A stretch of DNA of 64,000 nucleotides from Promethearchaeota archaeon (GCA_048938105.1 JBHLMN010000016.1:1-64000); one strand, 5' to 3'; positions 17,174 through 28,508 are shown, counted from the first letter of the stretch. Program-made: numbers and translations. Notes: generated by a model from the sequence alone, not told the origin.

Positions 17174-19750
17174 TTAGATTTTGATTGCATATGAATTGGT
17201 ATGAATAATTCCTTCTTCCTCAAGGTTAGGTTTTAATGTAAGAATGATTTTAACATTGTGCATTTCTTTCAAGTCTGGAATAAATTCTTTTAAATTATTA
17301 GGAATATGAATTTTTGTTACTGATGCTTTCAAAGAGAGACCTCGATCTTGTTTTACTTTCCAGATAAAGGAATTTAACTCTATTAGTTCATATGTTCGAG
17401 GATCTTCATTACCACTATTTTTTTTTGATTTTGGTAATAGTTCGTGATGGATACTACCTGAAGGCTGGTAAAGATTTCTATATATGCTTTCGGTAACAAA
17501 TGGTGTTATTGGGGCTAGTAATTTTAATACAGCTTGAAGTATTTGATGAAGACAATAATGTACACTTTGTCTTTCATCACTTATTTCATTCTGTTTATAT
17601 GCACGGGATTTTACCAGTTCTATATAATGAGGAGCAAAAATATTCCAAACCCAGTTGTAGATATTTTCAGCTGGAATAGAAAAATCAAGCTTCTCATAAC
17701 CCTCTCTACAACGGTGTATTAAAGCATCCAGACTATTAAGAATCCATTGGTCTGTTGTAGATAATGATTTAGGGGGATTCTCGATGGGAAAAGTCGAAAT
17801 AAATCTAGCAATATTCCATAATTTTGTTATAAATTTCGCATTACCATCAAGCTTGGATACAGAAAAACGAATATCGGAACCATGGCTTCCTTGTAAACAA
17901 GATGTTAATCTTAGGCTATCAGCACCATAATAAAGATTTGATTTTATTTTCTTCATAATTTTTGATGTTTTTTCCATTTCTGCTATAATTTTCAGACTAT
18001 TTTTATCAGGCCTTAATAATTTTGGAGTATTTTCAGGTAAGATTGGAGGTTGTAAAAACAGGAGGGGATCGATAGTATTTCCAAGACTTTTCGACATTTT
18101 TCCCCCATAAGGATCTCGTACAAGACCAGAAATCCATACTTGTTTAAATGCAGGCTTTTCAAAGAGATGGTATGCACGGAGAAGAGTATAATAAAGCCAA
18201 GTTCTTACAATTTCTTTTCCTTGAGGTCGGATTGAACATGGGAAATTCTCTGAAAAGAATTTTCCGTTATTATCTTCAAAGAAAATATTTCCATAATTAC
18301 AGGCAATTAATTCCGATATAGATGAATCAAACCAAGTATCAAAGGTTCTGTCTTCACCAATTGCTTCTTTAAGAGAACTCCCACATTGATAACAAGTCGA
18401 TATTGGTGCTTTTTCCTTCCATGCCTCGATATATCGCGTTAATTGATTTTCATGTGGTACATTAGGGGTATTACATTTAGGGCAATACCATATCGGAATG
18501 GAAGTTCCATAAAATCTTCTGCGACTAATAGCCCAATCCATGGTTATTGATCTTATCCAGTTGTTAAGAATGATTCTACTAGATTGTGGATAAAATTTCA
18601 TCTGATCTATAATTTTTTCAAGTTCTGGTAGAACTCCTAGTTGTTGTAAATAATACTCATCCATAGCAATGATTTCAATAGGTGTTTTTGATCTCCAACA
18701 TATAGGTACTCGACGGCTTGTGGGCCCTGAATTTATTAAAAACCCATTTTTTTCTAGATCTTTCAATATTGCGGCTTGTGCTTTCTCTATTGTTTGTTTT
18801 TGATATTTTCCTGCTACTTCATTGGTATATCCATCTGCGTCAATCATCGTTCTCGGGAAAATCACCCCAAATTCTCGAAGAATTTTCACATCAGATTTAT
18901 CACCATAAGCACAAATCATCATGATCCCTGTTCCGTATTTTGGATTCGCTTCAGGATGAACTTCAATAGGAACAGTTTTTTCAAATAGTGGAGTAATAGC
19001 ACTTTTTCCTTTTAAATGGGAATATCTTGCGTCAGAAGGGTGAAAGATTATTAGTTCACATGTTGGGATCAACTCTGGACGTGTTGTTGCAATAATAATA
19101 GTTTCCTCAGATTCTTTTATGTTGAATTTTATATAATAAAGATAAGAATCATCTTCACGGTATTCTATCTCTGCATCCGCAATTGTGGTTCCACAATCGA
19201 TGCACCAATTATTTGGTCGTGTTGCTCTCAATATTTTTCCTTCATGCCAAGCCTTACAAAATGTTTGTTGGGTGTTAAAACGGTATTGAGGAGAATCTGT
19301 TTGGTAATAGATTTCAGGAGAACCATAAAACGCGTTACAAGACAATCCCATCCATTTCATGACTTGTATTGTATTCTCTTCCGCTTTATCGAGTTCTCTT
19401 TTACATATTTGAAGGAACTCTTCACGATCTATCTTATGCATGGATTTTCCTATTTTCTTTTCAACTTTCACTTCCACTGGAAGACCATTACGATCAACAC
19501 AAGCAGGGAAAATAACATTATAACCTAACATACGGTGATATCGTGCTATCATGTCTATCTGGGCATAATGAATAGCGAAACCAATGTGAGCTCGTCCAGA
19601 AACGTAAGGAGGGGGGGTATCAATAATGTATACAGGTTTCGTTGTGTCAGGGATATATCTGAAAATATCTTTATCAGCCCAGAATTTAATAATTTCTCGT
19701 TCGTTAATTGTTTTCCATCTTTTCTGTTTAAGTTTTGGTTCGAGTCTCAT
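17174..19750 (-). CDS. valS: Valyl-tRNA synthetase (archaeal type)
   Basis: DTPPP, HIGF (HIGH), TTRPE, DWAISR, DTWFDS, KMSKS. Confidence 0.95.
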   Translation of the reverse strand: MRLEPKLKQKRWKTINEREIIKFWADKDIFRYIPDTTKPVYIIDTPPPYVSGRAHIGFAIHYAQIDMIARYHRMLGYNVIFPACVDRNGLPVEVKVEKKIGKSMHKIDREEFLQICKRELDKAEENTIQVMKWMGLSCNAFYGSPEIYYQTDSPQYRFNTQQTFCKAWHEGKILRATRPNNWCIDCGTTIADAEIEYREDDSYLYYIKFNIKESEETIIIATTRPELIPTCELIIFHPSDARYSHLKGKSAITPLFEKTVPIEVHPEANPKYGTGIMMICAYGDKSDVKILREFGVIFPRTMIDADGYTNEVAGKYQKQTIEKAQAAILKDLEKNGFLINSGPTSRRVPICWRSKTPIEIIAMDEYYLQQLGVLPELEKIIDQMKFYPQSSRIILNNWIRSITMDWAISRRRFYGTSIPIWYCPKCNTPNVPHENQLTRYIEAWKEKAPISTCYQCGSSLKEAIGEDRTFDTWFDSSISELIACNYGNIFFEDNNGKFFSENFPCSIRPQGKEIVRTWLYYTLLRAYHLFEKPAFKQVWISGLVRDPYGGKMSKSLGNTIDPLLFLQPPILPENTPKLLRPDKNSLKIIAEMEKTSKIMKKIKSNLYYGADSLRLTSCLQGSHGSDIRFSVSKLDGNAKFITKLWNIARFISTFPIENPPKSLSTTDQWILNSLDALIHRCREGYEKLDFSIPAENIYNWVWNIFAPHYIELVKSRAYKQNEISDERQSVHYCLHQILQAVLKLLAPITPFVTESIYRNLYQPSGSIHHELLPKSKKNSGNEDPRTYELIELNSFIWKVKQDRGLSLKASVTKIHIPNNLKEFIPDLKEMHNVKIILTLKPNLEEEGIIHTNSYAIKI

Positions 19751-20169
19751 ATTTTATTCGTCCATATAGTAGGTGTTACATGATTCATAATTTTGATTTT
19801 CCCCACAAAGGGGAAAAAATGTAATAATCAAAATATAGAAATTATTGGCATGGAATGAACCATTTATTTCATTAAGGGAAAAGAGACAGAGAAATATACG
19901 GTGATAATGTTGTTTTGGACTAGCTGGAGAAGCTAGAAGAATTAACAAAATGATCCCAGCTGGATAACACCACATATCACCCATTTGAATTGATTTAAGA
20001 AACCCTTTTTAAACTTTAATTTAGAGTAAATACTGGCATTAATATCAGTCGTATTCTAATTATTTTCATCAATTATCAAATATTAGATTGTATAACCAAT
20101 CATTAATTGCATGGTCTTCTAAATTGCTTAAGTTTAACCTATGATAATTCCATTTGAGAGAATTGTTTT

Positions 20170-21255
20170 ATGACTCCTGACATTCTAGCGGAAGAACAGC
20201 TTAAGTTAGAATTAATCCGTGTTCTGACGAAGTTTTTCTTGAAACAAATAGAAGAACTGGTGAGAAATCACACAGGAGCCTTTTTTCCAGTTGAAAAAAT
20301 AGAAAATGTGACTTTGGGGAAGAGGTTGGGAAGAAGAAAAGAATTACAATTGATGACTGTCGAAGTTGTGGATACATTACAAAACAGAAAATATAAAATT
20401 GATCTTGCGTTTAAATTCCTTTCAGATCCAGAAACAGCAGCAAAAGAAGGTAATGGGGCCGTATGGCTAGGAGAAGTCTTAAAAAACAATATTAAGGTTC
20501 GAACACCTCAATTACTACATTTTTCTCATGAAAATTCCTTATTAATTTATGAAGGTCTTAGAGAACCGCGAGAGTTCTTTGATAGTGAACTTGATCAACC
20601 ACAGAAGTTTTTTTTGGCAGGAATGGCGTTACCATATATTCATGGGATTTTTAAACATAAAGTATTTGTTGACAGATATTTACATCTGATTTCTGAGGTG
20701 GTTAAAGGATTAAATGTGGCCCCAGGGGATAAAGATGAGCTTTTTTCTCTTTTTAAAGAAGAATTTCGTCGTATTGGACTAAGTGATGCAGGTGCAAATT
20801 GTTTTGGGGATTATCACCCTGGAAATATAATGTTCAAGGAGGGAAAAACATTAACAAGTAATACTGGAGATTTAAAAATTGACCGAACTGATATATTTTT
20901 GATAGATCCTGCATATTTAGATAAGGCGGGAAACGTTGATCGTGCGGAGGATATCGGAACTTTTTTCTCTAAATTTGCTTATAACGACTTTTATCTCTCT
21001 CAATCGTTTGACAAAACAGTGAATGATTTTGAACTCATATGTAAGGGATATGATTACACAATCTCTAGAAATGGTATCACCCTGGAAGAATTTTATCCTG
21101 ATGGGACATCTTTTGATTTCCATATAGCTCTTGGGATTCTAATAGATACAATGTTTAAAATTCGAGATCCAAAGTTCATCAATCCTCAAGGTAGGATTCA
21201 AACAAGCATAGAAGCAGTAAAGCATATTTTGAAAAAAAAACCCTTTGAAATTTAG
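20170..21255 (+). CDS. APH/choline-kinase-like fold phosphotransferase
   Basis: AFK...KE, GDYHPGNI catalytic loop, LIDP. Confidence 0.7.
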   Translation: MTPDILAEEQLKLELIRVLTKFFLKQIEELVRNHTGAFFPVEKIENVTLGKRLGRRKELQLMTVEVVDTLQNRKYKIDLAFKFLSDPETAAKEGNGAVWLGEVLKNNIKVRTPQLLHFSHENSLLIYEGLREPREFFDSELDQPQKFFLAGMALPYIHGIFKHKVFVDRYLHLISEVVKGLNVAPGDKDELFSLFKEEFRRIGLSDAGANCFGDYHPGNIMFKEGKTLTSNTGDLKIDRTDIFLIDPAYLDKAGNVDRAEDIGTFFSKFAYNDFYLSQSFDKTVNDFELICKGYDYTISRNGITLEEFYPDGTSFDFHIALGILIDTMFKIRDPKFINPQGRIQTSIEAVKHILKKKPFEI

Positions 21256-21682
21256 ATTATTCACCAAAATTCTTCTATTCATTATTTTCCATGAAATTCA
21301 GATCAATAGAGTTTACACTTAAGAGATTTTATTCAAATATAAGAGAAAAGGGTTGTATATGTGAAAAAATTCCTTTGTAGATGAAAGATTTTCATATTAA
21401 TTCTTTGCTGCATTTATCGAGTGTTTGGTTGATGTAACATCAAATTTAAATTCACACAAATTTCGTTTTAACTGCCTTCCTTACTGAGCTCAGCTGGTGT
21501 CTGTCAAGGTAGTTCATAAAAAGATGGGATAGATAGTTTTTTCGGTGAGATTCACTTAAGGTTAGTTTAAAAAGGTCAATAGTTCACATTTCAACGAAAT
21601 CAAGGGTAACTAGTTCAATTTTATAAGTACCATCATTTTTTCATGAGAGAATAATAAGAAGACAGAAGAAGGAGTATTTGTT

Positions 21683-24600
21683 ATGGAGCAAATCACCAAT
21701 AATGATAAATGGGAAGTCCTTAAATCCATGTATCATGAATTTGGACTTGTAAGACAGCATCTTTATTCTTTTAATGAATTTGTAGAAAAAAAATTGAATG
21801 AAATTGTCCAGGAACGACCAAAAATCGAACCGGACATTGAGGGCTTTTATGTAAAGCTAGAAGGTATTGATGTAGGAGAACCTTCAGTAAGAGAAGCAGA
21901 TGGCTCTGAACGAACCATATATCCCATGGAAGCTCGTATAAGAAATTTAATATATTCCTCTCCTTTGAATTTAAAAATGAGACCTGTTTATGTAGATGCA
22001 GGTATTGAAAAGGAAGAAGAGGTTGTAACAGCATATATTGGACGATTACCAATAATGTTGAAATCCAAGTCATGTTTGTTGTTTAATTTAAGTCGGGATG
22101 AATTGACAAGGTTAGGGGAGGATCCAGAGGATCCAGGTGGTTATTTCATTATCAATGGTTCAGAACGAGTAATTGTAACACAGGAATATTTAGTTTCTAA
22201 CCGAGTTCTAGTTGATAAAGGACGTAAAGGTTCATCAACAACTGCAGTGGCAAAAGTTTTTAGTACTGTTGCAGGATTTCGTTCTTTGGTTTCCGTTCAA
22301 CGTCGGAAAGATGGTAGGCTGCTAGTTAACTTCTTTAGTGTTCCACGACCATTACCTCTTGCTGTTCTCATTAAAGCTTTGGGTGTAACAATTGATCGAA
22401 ATATTGCTAATCTAGTCACTAATGAACCAGAACTAATTCAAGAGCTTTTACCAACCCTTCGTGAGGCAGCGGAGATAGTAGACCAAGAAGAAGCTCTAGA
22501 TTTCATTGGTAAAAGAGTCGCTGTAGGTCAGACTAGACAATATCGTATATTACGTGCAAAACAAGTATTAGACAACTATTTATTGCCTCATGTGGGTAAA
22601 GATGAAAGTTTTCGGCATCAAAAGGCCTTATATCTAGCACAAATGGCTTTAAAGGTTATTGAACTTAACCTTGGCCGTATTGATCAAGATGATAAAGATC
22701 ATTACGCTAATAAACGACTTAAATTAGCAGGAGAGATGCTTACTAGTCTCTTTAGAGTTGCATTCCATTCATTATACCGTGATATCAAATATCAATTAGA
22801 AAAAGGAGCGAGAAGGGGGAAATTACCCAATTTAAGGGTCGCTATGAGAGCTGATGTTATTACTGAACGAATTCGACATGCTCTTGCAACAGGAAACTGG
22901 GTTGGAGGTAAAGCAGGAGTTTCACAGCTCCTAGATCGTACAAATTATATGTCAACTTACAGTCATCTTCGCCGAGTCATTAGTCCTTTGATTCGAAGTC
23001 AAGCTCATTTTGAGGCAAGAGATTTACATGCTACACATTGGGGTAAAATATGCCCTAATGAGACCCCAGAAGGTCCTAACTGTGGTTTGGTTAAAAACCT
23101 CGCTATGCAGGCCTATATATCTATTGGTACAAGTGAGGAACCTGTACGTGATTTTATATTCCAGAATTGTGCTGTTAAACCAGTTACAGAAGTTATAGAT
23201 CATCAGGGTGTTCATATTCTTCTAAATGGTAATCTAATTGCTACAACACGTCTACCTGAGGAAACATTTAGCTTAATTCGTGAAGCTAGAAGATCTTCTA
23301 AGCTTCATCATGAAATTAACTTGGCTTTTTTCGAAGAAAATAGGATAATTTCAATAAATACAGATGGGGGACGTGTTCGAAGACCCTTGATAATTTTAGA
23401 TCGAGAAACAGAAGGAATAAATCAATTTGCTAAACCCCGTTTAAAACAAATTCATATTGATAAATTAAGAAAAGGAGATATTAAGTTCTCTGATCTACTT
23501 AAAGAAGGAGTTATCGAATTTCTCGATGCAGAAGAAGAGGAAAATGCTTACATTGCCATGACTTTGGAAGAAATTCAACCTGAACACACTCATGTAGAAA
23601 TTTCTCCATCTGCTATATTAGGTATTTGTGCATCAATTATTCCCTACGCAGAACACAACCAATCTCCACGAAATACATATGAGGCTGGAATGACAAAACA
23701 AGCTCTAGGTTTATATGCCTCAAATTTTTATTTTCGGACTGATAGGCGATCACATATTTTACAGGCACCACAAATCCCATTAGTTGGTAGTAAATCGATG
23801 GATGTTATTGGGTTCAACGATCGTCCTGCTGGCCAGAATTTTATAGTAGCTATCTTGAGTTTTCAGGGATATAATATCGAGGATGCAATTATCCTAAATC
23901 GTGCTAGTATTGAACGAGGTCTCGCCCGAAGTCATTTTTTCCGATCATATGTTGGTGAGGAAAAAAAGTACCTTGGAGGACAAGAGGATAGATTTGAAAC
24001 TCCTCAAAAAGGAGTTCGTGGGTATCGTGCAAAAGAAGTCTATCGTCATTTAAGTGAAGTTGACGGAATAATTGAGCCCGAAATTGAAGTAGGAGGAGGT
24101 GATATCTTAGTAGGTCGTACTTCAAGGCCAAGGTTTTTGGAAGAATACATTGAATTGGAATCTTTAGAATCTTCAACACCTCAAAGGCGTGAAACTAGTA
24201 TTGCAATTCGCCATGGAGAAAAAGGAATAGTAGATGGAGTGATATTAACAGAAACCTCTGAAGGGAGTACTCTAGTAAAAATCAAAGTAAGAGATCAAAG
24301 AATTCCGGAGTTAGGAGATAAATTTGCTTCCCGTCATGGCCAAAAAGGGATTATTGGACATATTGTCCCTCAAAGAGATATGCCATTTACAGAAAGCGGA
24401 ATCGTTCCTGATCTAATAATAAATCCCCATGCTATTCCAAGTCGAATGACATTAGGACAGATAATTGAGTGTATGAGCGCAATTGTTGCATGCTATGAAG
24501 GACGACAAATAGATGCAACGTTATTTGAAGCTCCAGATCCTGAAGATATTGCACGTAAACTTCGTGACTTAGGTTTTCATCCATATGCTGAGTCAGTTAT

Positions 24601-25057
24601 GTATGATGGAATGACTGGACAGAAACTTCCAGCAAGAATTTTTATTGGTCCTACTTACTATCAGAAACTACATCATCTAGTAGCAGATAAGATTCATGCC
24701 CGAGCGAGGGGACCAATTCAAATATTAACACGACAACCTACAGAGGGGAGAGCCCGGGAAGGAGGTTTGAGATTTGGAGAAATGGAACGCGACTGTTTAA
24801 TCGGTCATGGTGCTGCACTTTTGCTAAAAGAGAGATTATTGGAAGAATCTGACAAAACAGAGATTTTTATTTGTGAAAAATGTGGACTGATAGCTACTTG
24901 GGATCGTAAAAAAGACCAAACATATTGTAATGTATGTGGAAATGTTGATACAGGAATTTTCAAGATTGCTATTTCTTACGCATTTAAACTACTTCTTCAA
25001 GAGCTAATGTCTCTTACGATCAAACCTCAGCTTATCTTAACCGATTCAACTCACTGA
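21683..25057 (+). CDS. rpoB: RNA polymerase subunit Rpo2 (unsplit B)
   Basis: GGYFIING, ETPEG, GDKFASRHGQKG, GGLRFGEMERD, C-terminal Zn finger. Confidence 0.99.
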   Translation: MEQITNNDKWEVLKSMYHEFGLVRQHLYSFNEFVEKKLNEIVQERPKIEPDIEGFYVKLEGIDVGEPSVREADGSERTIYPMEARIRNLIYSSPLNLKMRPVYVDAGIEKEEEVVTAYIGRLPIMLKSKSCLLFNLSRDELTRLGEDPEDPGGYFIINGSERVIVTQEYLVSNRVLVDKGRKGSSTTAVAKVFSTVAGFRSLVSVQRRKDGRLLVNFFSVPRPLPLAVLIKALGVTIDRNIANLVTNEPELIQELLPTLREAAEIVDQEEALDFIGKRVAVGQTRQYRILRAKQVLDNYLLPHVGKDESFRHQKALYLAQMALKVIELNLGRIDQDDKDHYANKRLKLAGEMLTSLFRVAFHSLYRDIKYQLEKGARRGKLPNLRVAMRADVITERIRHALATGNWVGGKAGVSQLLDRTNYMSTYSHLRRVISPLIRSQAHFEARDLHATHWGKICPNETPEGPNCGLVKNLAMQAYISIGTSEEPVRDFIFQNCAVKPVTEVIDHQGVHILLNGNLIATTRLPEETFSLIREARRSSKLHHEINLAFFEENRIISINTDGGRVRRPLIILDRETEGINQFAKPRLKQIHIDKLRKGDIKFSDLLKEGVIEFLDAEEEENAYIAMTLEEIQPEHTHVEISPSAILGICASIIPYAEHNQSPRNTYEAGMTKQALGLYASNFYFRTDRRSHILQAPQIPLVGSKSMDVIGFNDRPAGQNFIVAILSFQGYNIEDAIILNRASIERGLARSHFFRSYVGEEKKYLGGQEDRFETPQKGVRGYRAKEVYRHLSEVDGIIEPEIEVGGGDILVGRTSRPRFLEEYIELESLESSTPQRRETSIAIRHGEKGIVDGVILTETSEGSTLVKIKVRDQRIPELGDKFASRHGQKGIIGHIVPQRDMPFTESGIVPDLIINPHAIPSRMTLGQIIECMSAIVACYEGRQIDATLFEAPDPEDIARKLRDLGFHPYAESVMYDGMTGQKLPARIFIGPTYYQKLHHLVADKIHARARGPIQILTRQPTEGRAREGGLRFGEMERDCLIGHGAALLLKERLLEESDKTEIFICEKCGLIATWDRKKDQTYCNVCGNVDTGIFKIAISYAFKLLLQELMSLTIKPQLILTDSTH

Positions 25058-25073
25058 GTAAAGTGAAAGAAAA

Positions 25074-25274
25074 ATGTCAATAGACAGTAGTAGAATAGGA
25101 ACAGCAAGTTTCTATAAAAGAGCAATTCGAATACTAAAATTGGCGAAAAAACCAGACAGATCAGAAGTTTTCTTGGTCATCAAGATTACTACTGCTGGGA
25201 TGGCAATCCTTGGGTTAATAGCTTACATCATTCGACTTGTGCTTTATGGAGTAATACTTCAAAACCAAATGTAA
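25074..25274 (+). CDS. secE: SecE/Sec61-gamma
   Basis: RILKLAKKPD-x-x-E plus one TM; upstream of spt5. Confidence 0.92.
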   Translation: MSIDSSRIGTASFYKRAIRILKLAKKPDRSEVFLVIKITTAGMAILGLIAYIIRLVLYGVILQNQM

Positions 25275-25299
25275 TTGATATCTGGAACAATATAGCACC

Positions 25300-25803
25300 T
25301 TGGTTATTTCACTCGAGAACGTGATTAGATTGCTTGAAAAAGTTGGGATCTATTGTTTTAAGGTTAAAAAGGGGCAGGAGTTCAATGCAGCAGAAGCAGT
25401 CGCTTCTCGTGCAGAAATAAATCAACTAGATGTAAAAACTGTTTTAGTAACAGAGATCCAAGGGTATATTTTCATAGAAGGGGATGTTCAAGATATAACT
25501 CAAGCTGTTGATGGTGCTCATTATATCGGTAAACAATTGGGACGTGTTCCAGTTTCAGAATTAGAGGGACACCTTATTCCAACACCTGTTATTGAAGGAT
25601 TAAAAACAAACGACATAGTTGAGATTGTTGATGGTCCCTTTAAAGGTAGTCGTGCTAAAATCTCTTCAATTTATCAAGCTCGGGAAGAAATTACTGTTGA
25701 TTTACTGACAAGTAGTGTCACCATACCAATTGTCCTTCATGCAGATTCAGTTAAACTAGTTCAACCAAGTGAAGAAGAACAGGATGAAGATTCTGATTTC
25801 TGA
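25300..25803 (+). CDS. spt5: Transcription elongation factor Spt5
   Basis: GQE, GYIFIE, KOW motif VEIVDGPFKG. Confidence 0.95.
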   Translation: MVISLENVIRLLEKVGIYCFKVKKGQEFNAAEAVASRAEINQLDVKTVLVTEIQGYIFIEGDVQDITQAVDGAHYIGKQLGRVPVSELEGHLIPTPVIEGLKTNDIVEIVDGPFKGSRAKISSIYQAREEITVDLLTSSVTIPIVLHADSVKLVQPSEEEQDEDSDF

Positions 25804-25991
25804 ACTATATTCTATTCCCTTATATATAGAATAATAAACCCAAGACAGTTTTTCAAACGTTTGATTTCAATTTCTTTCTTTTTTGGTCTTCAGATAACTT
25901 ATTAATATTGACAAAAAAAGCCCACGTGCTTGATGCATAAAACAAGAGTCTCTGAATCAAAAGATTTGACTGAGAGGAAAAAACCTCAAAG

Positions 25992-26903
25992 GTGACTATG
26001 ATGGCAATATCTGCAATTCGATCAGAAAAAGGACAAAATAAGAAGAAGGAACAAATTGATACAATAATTAACCTAGCAGAGCAAAACTCAGTTATAGGTT
26101 TGGTTAATTTAAGTGGAATAAGTTCAAAAGCCCTTCAAGATATTCGCTCTTCAATGCGGTCAGGAGAAGTCGCTGCAACATTGAAAGTAGCAAAAAATAC
26201 CTTAAAAACGTTAGCATTAGAAAACGTTGATAAACCTGGTATTGTAAAACTTATTCCGTATATAAACGGCTCTTGTGCAATGATATTTACAAACGTAAAC
26301 CCATTCAAACTTCAAAAGTTTTTAAATCAAAACCAAGTTCCTGCTCCTGCAAAAACTGGTCAAATATCGCCTGTTGATGTGTTTGTTTCCGAAGGTGTCA
26401 CTAATTTGGATCCAGGACCAATCATAGGTGAACTTAGTTCAATTGGATTACAAACAAGAATTGAGAAAGGAAAAATAAGGATTATAAAAACAGCTAAAGT
26501 TCTCTCAGTAGGAGAAACTGTATCTGAAGCGCATGCTACAGTACTTTCTCGTTTAGGGATTCAACCATTTAAAATAGGTTTAAAACTCAGCACGGTTTTA
26601 GAAAACCAGGAAATTATAGATGGAAGTATTCTCGATGTAGATGAGGTTAGAATGATTGCAGATCTGCAACGAGCCTATATGGATGCCTTATCTTTAGCAA
26701 TCAACCCTAAACTTGCGTATTACTCTGCTGCGTCAATTCCATTTTTATTAAAAACAGCTATTTCCCAGGCAATGGCTTTATCTATAGATTGTGGTTATAT
26801 CACTGATAAAACAATCGATTTTTTCCTTACTAAAACTGTAAAACAGGCCCAGTTATTAAAAGAAGAAGTCCTAAAGCATGATTCAGGATTAGAGTTTTCA
26901 TAG
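25992..26903 (+). CDS. rpl10: Ribosomal protein uL10/P0
   Basis: KVAKNTL, PAPAKTG, PGPIIGEL, LSRLGIQP. Confidence 0.95.
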   Translation: MTMMAISAIRSEKGQNKKKEQIDTIINLAEQNSVIGLVNLSGISSKALQDIRSSMRSGEVAATLKVAKNTLKTLALENVDKPGIVKLIPYINGSCAMIFTNVNPFKLQKFLNQNQVPAPAKTGQISPVDVFVSEGVTNLDPGPIIGELSSIGLQTRIEKGKIRIIKTAKVLSVGETVSEAHATVLSRLGIQPFKIGLKLSTVLENQEIIDGSILDVDEVRMIADLQRAYMDALSLAINPKLAYYSAASIPFLLKTAISQAMALSIDCGYITDKTIDFFLTKTVKQAQLLKEEVLKHDSGLEFS

Positions 26904-27055
26904 TGTTAGCTAGCTGATGGTAGTTCACTAAAACTACCTTTATCTCTATATTCTTTGATCCTGTAGCTAATAGAGGAGGTTAGAAGAATACAGTATCTTT
27001 CAAAAATGATTACTAATAGTAAATACCACTTATTTTTTCTAAAAATTAGTAGGTC

Positions 27056-27979
27056 TTAATTTATTAGTTGGTTGATATAATTTTCTGGTTGGAATAGTTC
27101 GAAATCTGTATATTTTTGACCTGTTCCGAGAAAAAGAACTGGAACTCCTCCTGTAATATAAGTGACGGAAATTAAAGCCCCACCACGAGCATCAGCATCC
27201 ATTTTTGCAAGAATTATCCCATTTAAGGGAATTTCTTTGTGAAAATCTTTCGCTTGCTTAGTTGCATCATTCCCAGCTAACGCATCCACAACTAATATTG
27301 TATAGTCTGGCTTTGTAACTCGATGAATCTTCTTCATTTCTTCCATTAAATCCTGATTTACAGCCATTCGTCCAGAAGTATCGATTATAACGGCATCTGC
27401 ATATCTTGCTTTTGCATGGGCAATAGCATCATAAGCGACAGCTGCAGAATCACTACCATATTTTCCCCTAATTAATTTGACACCAATTTTTTCAGCGTGA
27501 ACTTTTAATTGTTCTTGTGCTCCTGAACGAAATGTATCACTAGCTGCAAGTACTACATGATACCCTTTATTCTTTAATAGATAAGCCAATTTAGCAATAG
27601 AAGTTGTTTTACCAGTTCCATTTATACCTAAGAATAAGAAAATGAGAGGAGACTTTTCACTTGTTTGACTTGAAGTTTTCTTATGATTTTCCAAGACCTC
27701 AAGAAGATCTATTGCTTTCTTCGGAGTAATAATCTCAAGAATAATTGGTTTTGCGAAAACAGGAATCATTTTTGAGAGATCACTGAATCTTTTTGCACGC
27801 CTTCCTAGCATTTTTATTCTAAGTTCCTTAGAAATCTGTTTAGCTACTGTTAGAGAAACATCATTCGATATAAGAAGTAATTCGAATTCACGAATAGCTT
27901 TTTTAATATTATTATCATTAATTTCATAGGTAGAAACTTTTCCAAGAAATTTTTGTACTCCTTTTTTTAGGGATGACAA
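27056..27979 (-). CDS. ftsY: SRP receptor FtsY
   Basis: GINGTGKTT, DTFR, DTSGR, KMDADARGG, GTGQ. Confidence 0.96.
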   Translation of the reverse strand: MSSLKKGVQKFLGKVSTYEINDNNIKKAIREFELLLISNDVSLTVAKQISKELRIKMLGRRAKRFSDLSKMIPVFAKPIILEIITPKKAIDLLEVLENHKKTSSQTSEKSPLIFLFLGINGTGKTTSIAKLAYLLKNKGYHVVLAASDTFRSGAQEQLKVHAEKIGVKLIRGKYGSDSAAVAYDAIAHAKARYADAVIIDTSGRMAVNQDLMEEMKKIHRVTKPDYTILVVDALAGNDATKQAKDFHKEIPLNGIILAKMDADARGGALISVTYITGGVPVLFLGTGQKYTDFELFQPENYINQLIN

Positions 27980-28064
27980 TCTTTACGATAACCTCCAAAA
28001 AATGCTTAGTTCACCCATTATTATATGTGTTCAAATCCCTTGAGATATATTTAAAAAAGTTCTA

Positions 28065-28508
28065 TTACAAAATTTGGTATTTTTGGGCGATTTCTAGTAA
28101 TTCTTGTCTATGAAGATTCAATTTTTGAGATAATTGTGAGTGTTGCTCTTGGAGTTGATTTATACTCTTCTCTAAGTTTTCAACTTGAGATTTATTCCTA
28201 TCTTTTGAGTCTTCAAGTTCTGTCAGAAGAGTCACTCCTGATCCTAGAGATATATATGTCTTCTGGGGGTCTTCAATAGCGCATAGAATGAGATTTGAAC
28301 CTCCAATAGGTATTAAAATTTTATCCCCAGGTTTTTTTGATTTTAGTTCATTTTGAGTTTTAATGGCATCATTTAATGAACTGATGACTCTGTAAATAAG
28401 ACTCATCTGTTGTTCTATTGCACTCACATTAGCCTGTAGTTGGTCAATTTCTACTTGAATGTTTCTTACTTGGTTTAAAACTTCATCAGGTATAGTTGAA
28501 TTAGACAT
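28065..28508 (-). CDS. pfdA: Prefoldin alpha subunit
   Basis: Coiled coils flanking ILIPIGG / ISLGSG hairpins; conserved operon position. Confidence 0.92.
   Translation of the reverse strand: MSNSTIPDEVLNQVRNIQVEIDQLQANVSAIEQQMSLIYRVISSLNDAIKTQNELKSKKPGDKILIPIGGSNLILCAIEDPQKTYISLGSGVTLLTELEDSKDRNKSQVENLEKSINQLQEQHSQLSQKLNLHRQELLEIAQKYQIL

Noticed and set aside
19754-19984. 76-aa ORF upstream of valS
   Set aside because: Hydrophobic start and PLCG fragment hint at a decayed membrane/zinc-ribbon gene, but nothing is supportable.
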